NCBI GenBank assembly: GCA_934168245.1
Contig: CAKPMY010000007.1
Location: 1,834 to 65,833, forward strand
DNA from: an uncultured Bacilli bacterium
Lineage (GTDB): Bacteria > Bacillota_I > Bacilli_A > RF39 > UBA660
Reading direction: 5' to 3'
Length of the DNA: 64,000 bases
The notes beneath the pieces were generated by a model that had not been told where the DNA came from, ran no database searches, and saw only the letters and a list, made by a program, of their open reading frames with translations. Made by a program: the position numbers and the translations under genes. Shown one piece after another: positions 60,955-64,000 of the stretch (the stretch's first letter is position 1; every line of letters starts with the position of its first letter).

Positions 60955-60993
60955 TTTTACACCTCCTTGGTATGGTGTTTTTACGACACCTTT

Positions 60994-63351
60994 TTAGATT
61001 GTTAGAGAATTAGTTAGATTGTTTTTTATATTACCAATACCAATTTGATAGATAATATTTATAATCTGATCTTCATTTACTTCGACTGCATAGTCTTCTT
61101 TTAGTATTTTTTTAAGTTCTTTTACATCGTGACAATTATACTTTTCAATAACTGATTTTAAGAATAAAGTTCTAGAAACATTTTCAGTAGGACTATAACA
61201 GAAGATTACATTACCATGCCATTGTACTTTTTTAAAGTTAGGTAGTAGTTTTACTAAAGAAGAAATGACAGAATCAGTAATAGGTTTAGTTTCTAGTAAG
61301 TTACAAGAAAGTTCATCTCTTATATTTTTGACTGTGAAATAGATATTATTTCTAGAAAATTTACTCGTTACTAGGTCTAGGAAGACATCAATATCAGTTC
61401 TAGTGATACCTGTATTATATATGTTTTCAAATGGATAGTACTTATTGTTTATTTCAATGACTTTATATTCCTTTTCCATTTTATAAATTGTAGCCCAACT
61501 AGTACTGGAAATATTTAAGAATGAATGAGTTATTTCTCCTTTTAAGATGCCATTATAAATTGCTTGTTCTAGATTTTGACAAGATCTTTTTAAAATATAT
61601 TTTCCACTAATTTTATAATCAATTTTCTTTAAGTTTATGTTAGTTAAGAATTGATTAGTATTTTCTAAATTGAGAGATAGTAAAATGTCTTTAAATTCAT
61701 TTTTAGAATATATAGTCTTAGTAAGATGAGTTTTTAAAAGATTCATTTCAGATTCTTTTAGTTCAATATTCTTAGAAATAATTTCGTTATTAGTTAGATA
61801 GTCGCCGAACTCAAGATTTAAGTATGATAAAAGTGTATCTTCACGATGGCCGTACTGAGTGCGCATTATGTTTAGGAAATCTTGTTGACTTATAGGACTT
61901 AGTTCAAAGATTTTATCGAGGAAGAAATCTTTTTTATCTGTATAGCCAATTAAAATATTAGGCATTCTTAAGTAGGAAACTTTAGGATTAGAAATTAGGT
62001 TTCTTAGAATGTTATGTAGTTCTTGTTCATTTCTTATATCTAACTCAGACATTAAATCTTTGTTATTTTCAAAAAAGTAAAGAGAACTATAAAGACCATA
62101 TTCTACATCTAAAATATTTTCTAGATTAGTAAGATCATTTTCTGATAAAAGGTTCATTTCATAATATCTTACTTTTTTATTTCTACCGAAAACACACCAG
62201 TTTTTTCTACTTAATAAGGTTTCTATATTATGTTCTGAATCATATGGTTCAATATTATATTTAGAAAATTCTTGGGCTAAGTAATTGTTCATTCTTTTTA
62301 GGAGTTCAGGAATGGTAATTTCGTCAGTAAGATAATTTTTCATGTAATATTTAGTGATACCAGTTCGATCACATTCGATGTAGGTATCATTTATGCAGAT
62401 AATATTTTTTAAAGATTTAATTCTTTTTAGCATTTCTTCATCGACAAATGGTTCATTTTCAATATCAAGAAAATCATAATGACCTTTTTCGTATTTATCA
62501 AATAAATAGTAGTATGTTGACTTAGGTTCTTCAAATATGGTTGTAAATTCTTTTTCTGATAATTCATATTTTTTATAAATATATTGGTATTTATCTTCTT
62601 TGACGATAGGCATTTTAGAGTATATTGTTTCAATAATTTGCCTTATTCTTTCTCTAGTTATAGAGAGATTTAAGGCTATTTCTTGAAGCGTGTTTCCTTC
62701 ATAACGACTATGAAGAATATATTGTTTTTTTTCATCTAGGGTTTGAACAAAGTCAAGAATACTTGGAGAATTATAAGTAATTTTGTTATCGACTATAATA
62801 ATCTTGGCTTCGTTTGATAAGTGTGCTAAGTCTTTATCTAATTCTTCTGGAGGATAAGTTAACTCTTTTAGTTTGGCAAGTAATTCTTCATAGGTTATAG
62901 ATTGAAGTTGGGCTTCTTCTTTTAGTATTTCTAAAAGATAGATAGAATAATCGTCTACTTTCTTGACGTTAAAATTGTTCTCAACTAATTTTTGGTAAGC
63001 AGAGGTAGCCTCGTTATAGAGTTTTCTTTTTACGGAAAACTTAGTACAAAATTCCTCTTCAGTGTTATTTATGATATCTTGGAGAGTTATATTATTTTCA
63101 ATTAAATATAGAGTATAGTTTCTACTTAAGCCATATAGCTGAAGTTCACCAATATAATTTTGACTAGTCGTTTTTTTAGATTGTTCTAAAGCAGACATAA
63201 TTACAGTTATTTGATCTTTTATTATTTTATTTTCTTTTAGAATTTGCTCTTTGAAAACTTCTAAATCTAGATAAGATATTTTTAGATCAAATAGTTTTTT
63301 TAAGATTGTCATGGATACACCGTATTCGTTTAGTACATATATACTTCGCAT
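60994..63351 (-). CDS. 785-aa hypothetical protein containing a sigma-70 region-4-like HTH (TLQEIALNLSITRERIRQI) and an N-terminal RpoA-alphaCTD/HhH-like segment
   Basis: ILHSRYEGNTLQEIALNLSITRERIRQIIE closely matches the sigma-70 r4.2 signature. ELQLYGLSRNYTLYLIENNITLQDI is HhH-like. The start overlaps the ARH stop as TAATG. Confidence 0.55.
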   Translation of the reverse strand: MRSIYVLNEYGVSMTILKKLFDLKISYLDLEVFKEQILKENKIIKDQITVIMSALEQSKKTTSQNYIGELQLYGLSRNYTLYLIENNITLQDIINNTEEEFCTKFSVKRKLYNEATSAYQKLVENNFNVKKVDDYSIYLLEILKEEAQLQSITYEELLAKLKELTYPPEELDKDLAHLSNEAKIIIVDNKITYNSPSILDFVQTLDEKKQYILHSRYEGNTLQEIALNLSITRERIRQIIETIYSKMPIVKEDKYQYIYKKYELSEKEFTTIFEEPKSTYYYLFDKYEKGHYDFLDIENEPFVDEEMLKRIKSLKNIICINDTYIECDRTGITKYYMKNYLTDEITIPELLKRMNNYLAQEFSKYNIEPYDSEHNIETLLSRKNWCVFGRNKKVRYYEMNLLSENDLTNLENILDVEYGLYSSLYFFENNKDLMSELDIRNEQELHNILRNLISNPKVSYLRMPNILIGYTDKKDFFLDKIFELSPISQQDFLNIMRTQYGHREDTLLSYLNLEFGDYLTNNEIISKNIELKESEMNLLKTHLTKTIYSKNEFKDILLSLNLENTNQFLTNINLKKIDYKISGKYILKRSCQNLEQAIYNGILKGEITHSFLNISSTSWATIYKMEKEYKVIEINNKYYPFENIYNTGITRTDIDVFLDLVTSKFSRNNIYFTVKNIRDELSCNLLETKPITDSVISSLVKLLPNFKKVQWHGNVIFCYSPTENVSRTLFLKSVIEKYNCHDVKELKKILKEDYAVEVNEDQIINIIYQIGIGNIKNNLTNSLTI

Positions 63352-64000
63352 TATTTATCACCTACTATTTCTTTTTCAAAATCGTGACAGATTTCTTCTA
63401 AATATTTTCGTTTTTGGAGAGTTTCCAACCAGTCTTTTGGTATAGCATCGTAGCCATAGATTATACCGGCCATGGAACCAACTATGGCACCAATAGTGTC
63501 TGTATCTTCGCCTAGGTTTATGGCTCCAATTATAGACTCTTTATAGGTTTTAGCTTTTAGGATTACCCAAAGAGAGGCTTCTAAAGTATCAACGATATAA
63601 CCAGTTGATTTAATAGAGTCTAGTTTATAAGTTGTGATATCATCTTCTAATATTCTTTTGTATAAATTTAGGGATGACTGATTATAGGAACTGTAATCCA
63701 ATTTCTTTATCTTAATATAACTTTCCTCTTTTGTAAAGTCAGCGAGTAAGAACATTATATATCTAACGTATATGTAACAGCCAAGTTTACTGATGTCATG
63801 GGCATGAGTTAGAGAGGACATATCGTTTGTTAAGTTTATTATTTCTTGTTCAGATAGGTTTTTATAATAACTATATAAGGCGACTGGGAGAATTCGCATT
63901 AAGGAGCCATTACCGTTAGAATTGATACTGGTTAAGCCAGACGCCGTAGCAGTTGTTTCTTTGGTTTCATATCTTCTAATGGCCGTTAGACAAGTTCTTC
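63351..64000 (-). CDS. ADP-ribosylglycohydrolase (ARH/DraG family), partial; the N-terminus lies beyond the window edge
   Basis: The frame is open through to position 64000; the track shows only the part from the first Met. Conserved SNGNGSLMRILPVA and GEDTDTIGAIVGSMAGIIYGYDAIPKDW motifs. Confidence 0.7.
   Translation of the reverse strand, partial: RTCLTAIRRYETKETTATASGLTSINSNGNGSLMRILPVALYSYYKNLSEQEIINLTNDMSSLTHAHDISKLGCYIYVRYIMFLLADFTKEESYIKIKKLDYSSYNQSSLNLYKRILEDDITTYKLDSIKSTGYIVDTLEASLWVILKAKTYKESIIGAINLGEDTDTIGAIVGSMAGIIYGYDAIPKDWLETLQKRKYLEEICHDFEKEIVGDK

Noticed and set aside
63351-64000. Apparent frameshift/pseudogene in the ADP-ribosylglycohydrolase gene, since the track ORF shows only a 182-aa C-terminal fragment
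   Set aside because: On re-reading the bases around 63895-63905, the frame is continuous (…SNGNGSLMRILPVA…) to the window edge. The gene is simply cut by the window and the track started at the first Met.
1-64000. CRISPR arrays, insertion sequences, integrases or prophage genes
   Set aside because: No regularly spaced short direct repeats and no transposase, integrase or recombinase-like ORFs were seen. The only tandem DNA repeats lie inside the surface-protein gene.

Overview
This is a low-GC chromosomal window (about 28-30% GC) from a Firmicutes-type organism. Almost every gene lies on the minus strand. Synteny with Bacillus is visible in the ylbD-ylbE-ylbF...rsmD run and in rnhC lying next to a CvpA-like gene, and the overall content suggests Erysipelotrichia or a related lineage. 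The housekeeping backbone is well supported: ppdK, trxA, rnhC, thyA-folA, the heat-shock operon hrcA-grpE-dnaK-pepF-dnaJ with two upstream CIRCE operators, rsmD, parE-parC, recD2, a MiaB-family methylthiotransferase, a phosphoglucomutase/phosphomannomutase, and cca. Accessory content makes up the rest. At the 5' end there are two tandem surface-anchored repeat proteins (one with 99-bp tandem repeats), followed by two adjacent hybrid sensor kinase/response regulators. There is also a 698-aa glycine-rich protein with a pilin-like N-terminus and a C-terminal ricin-B lectin, and a four-gene glycosylation operon (GT2, His-phosphatase::GT fusion, GT4, His-phosphatase). Two HelD-like helicase paralogues follow, one preceded by a transglutaminase-like protein and the other downstream of a tandem array of four diverged paralogues of an unrecognised ~160-200 aa family. 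Finally, a partial ADP-ribosylglycohydrolase gene is translationally coupled to a 785-aa protein with a sigma-70 region-4-like HTH, immediately upstream of cca. No rRNA, tRNA, CRISPR array, transposase or integrase was found. I judge three loci as the best candidates for undescribed biology: the four-paralogue array with HelD-2, the ARH plus sigma-r4-like pair, and the transglutaminase-like plus HelD-1 pair. None could be confirmed as a known system from sequence alone.
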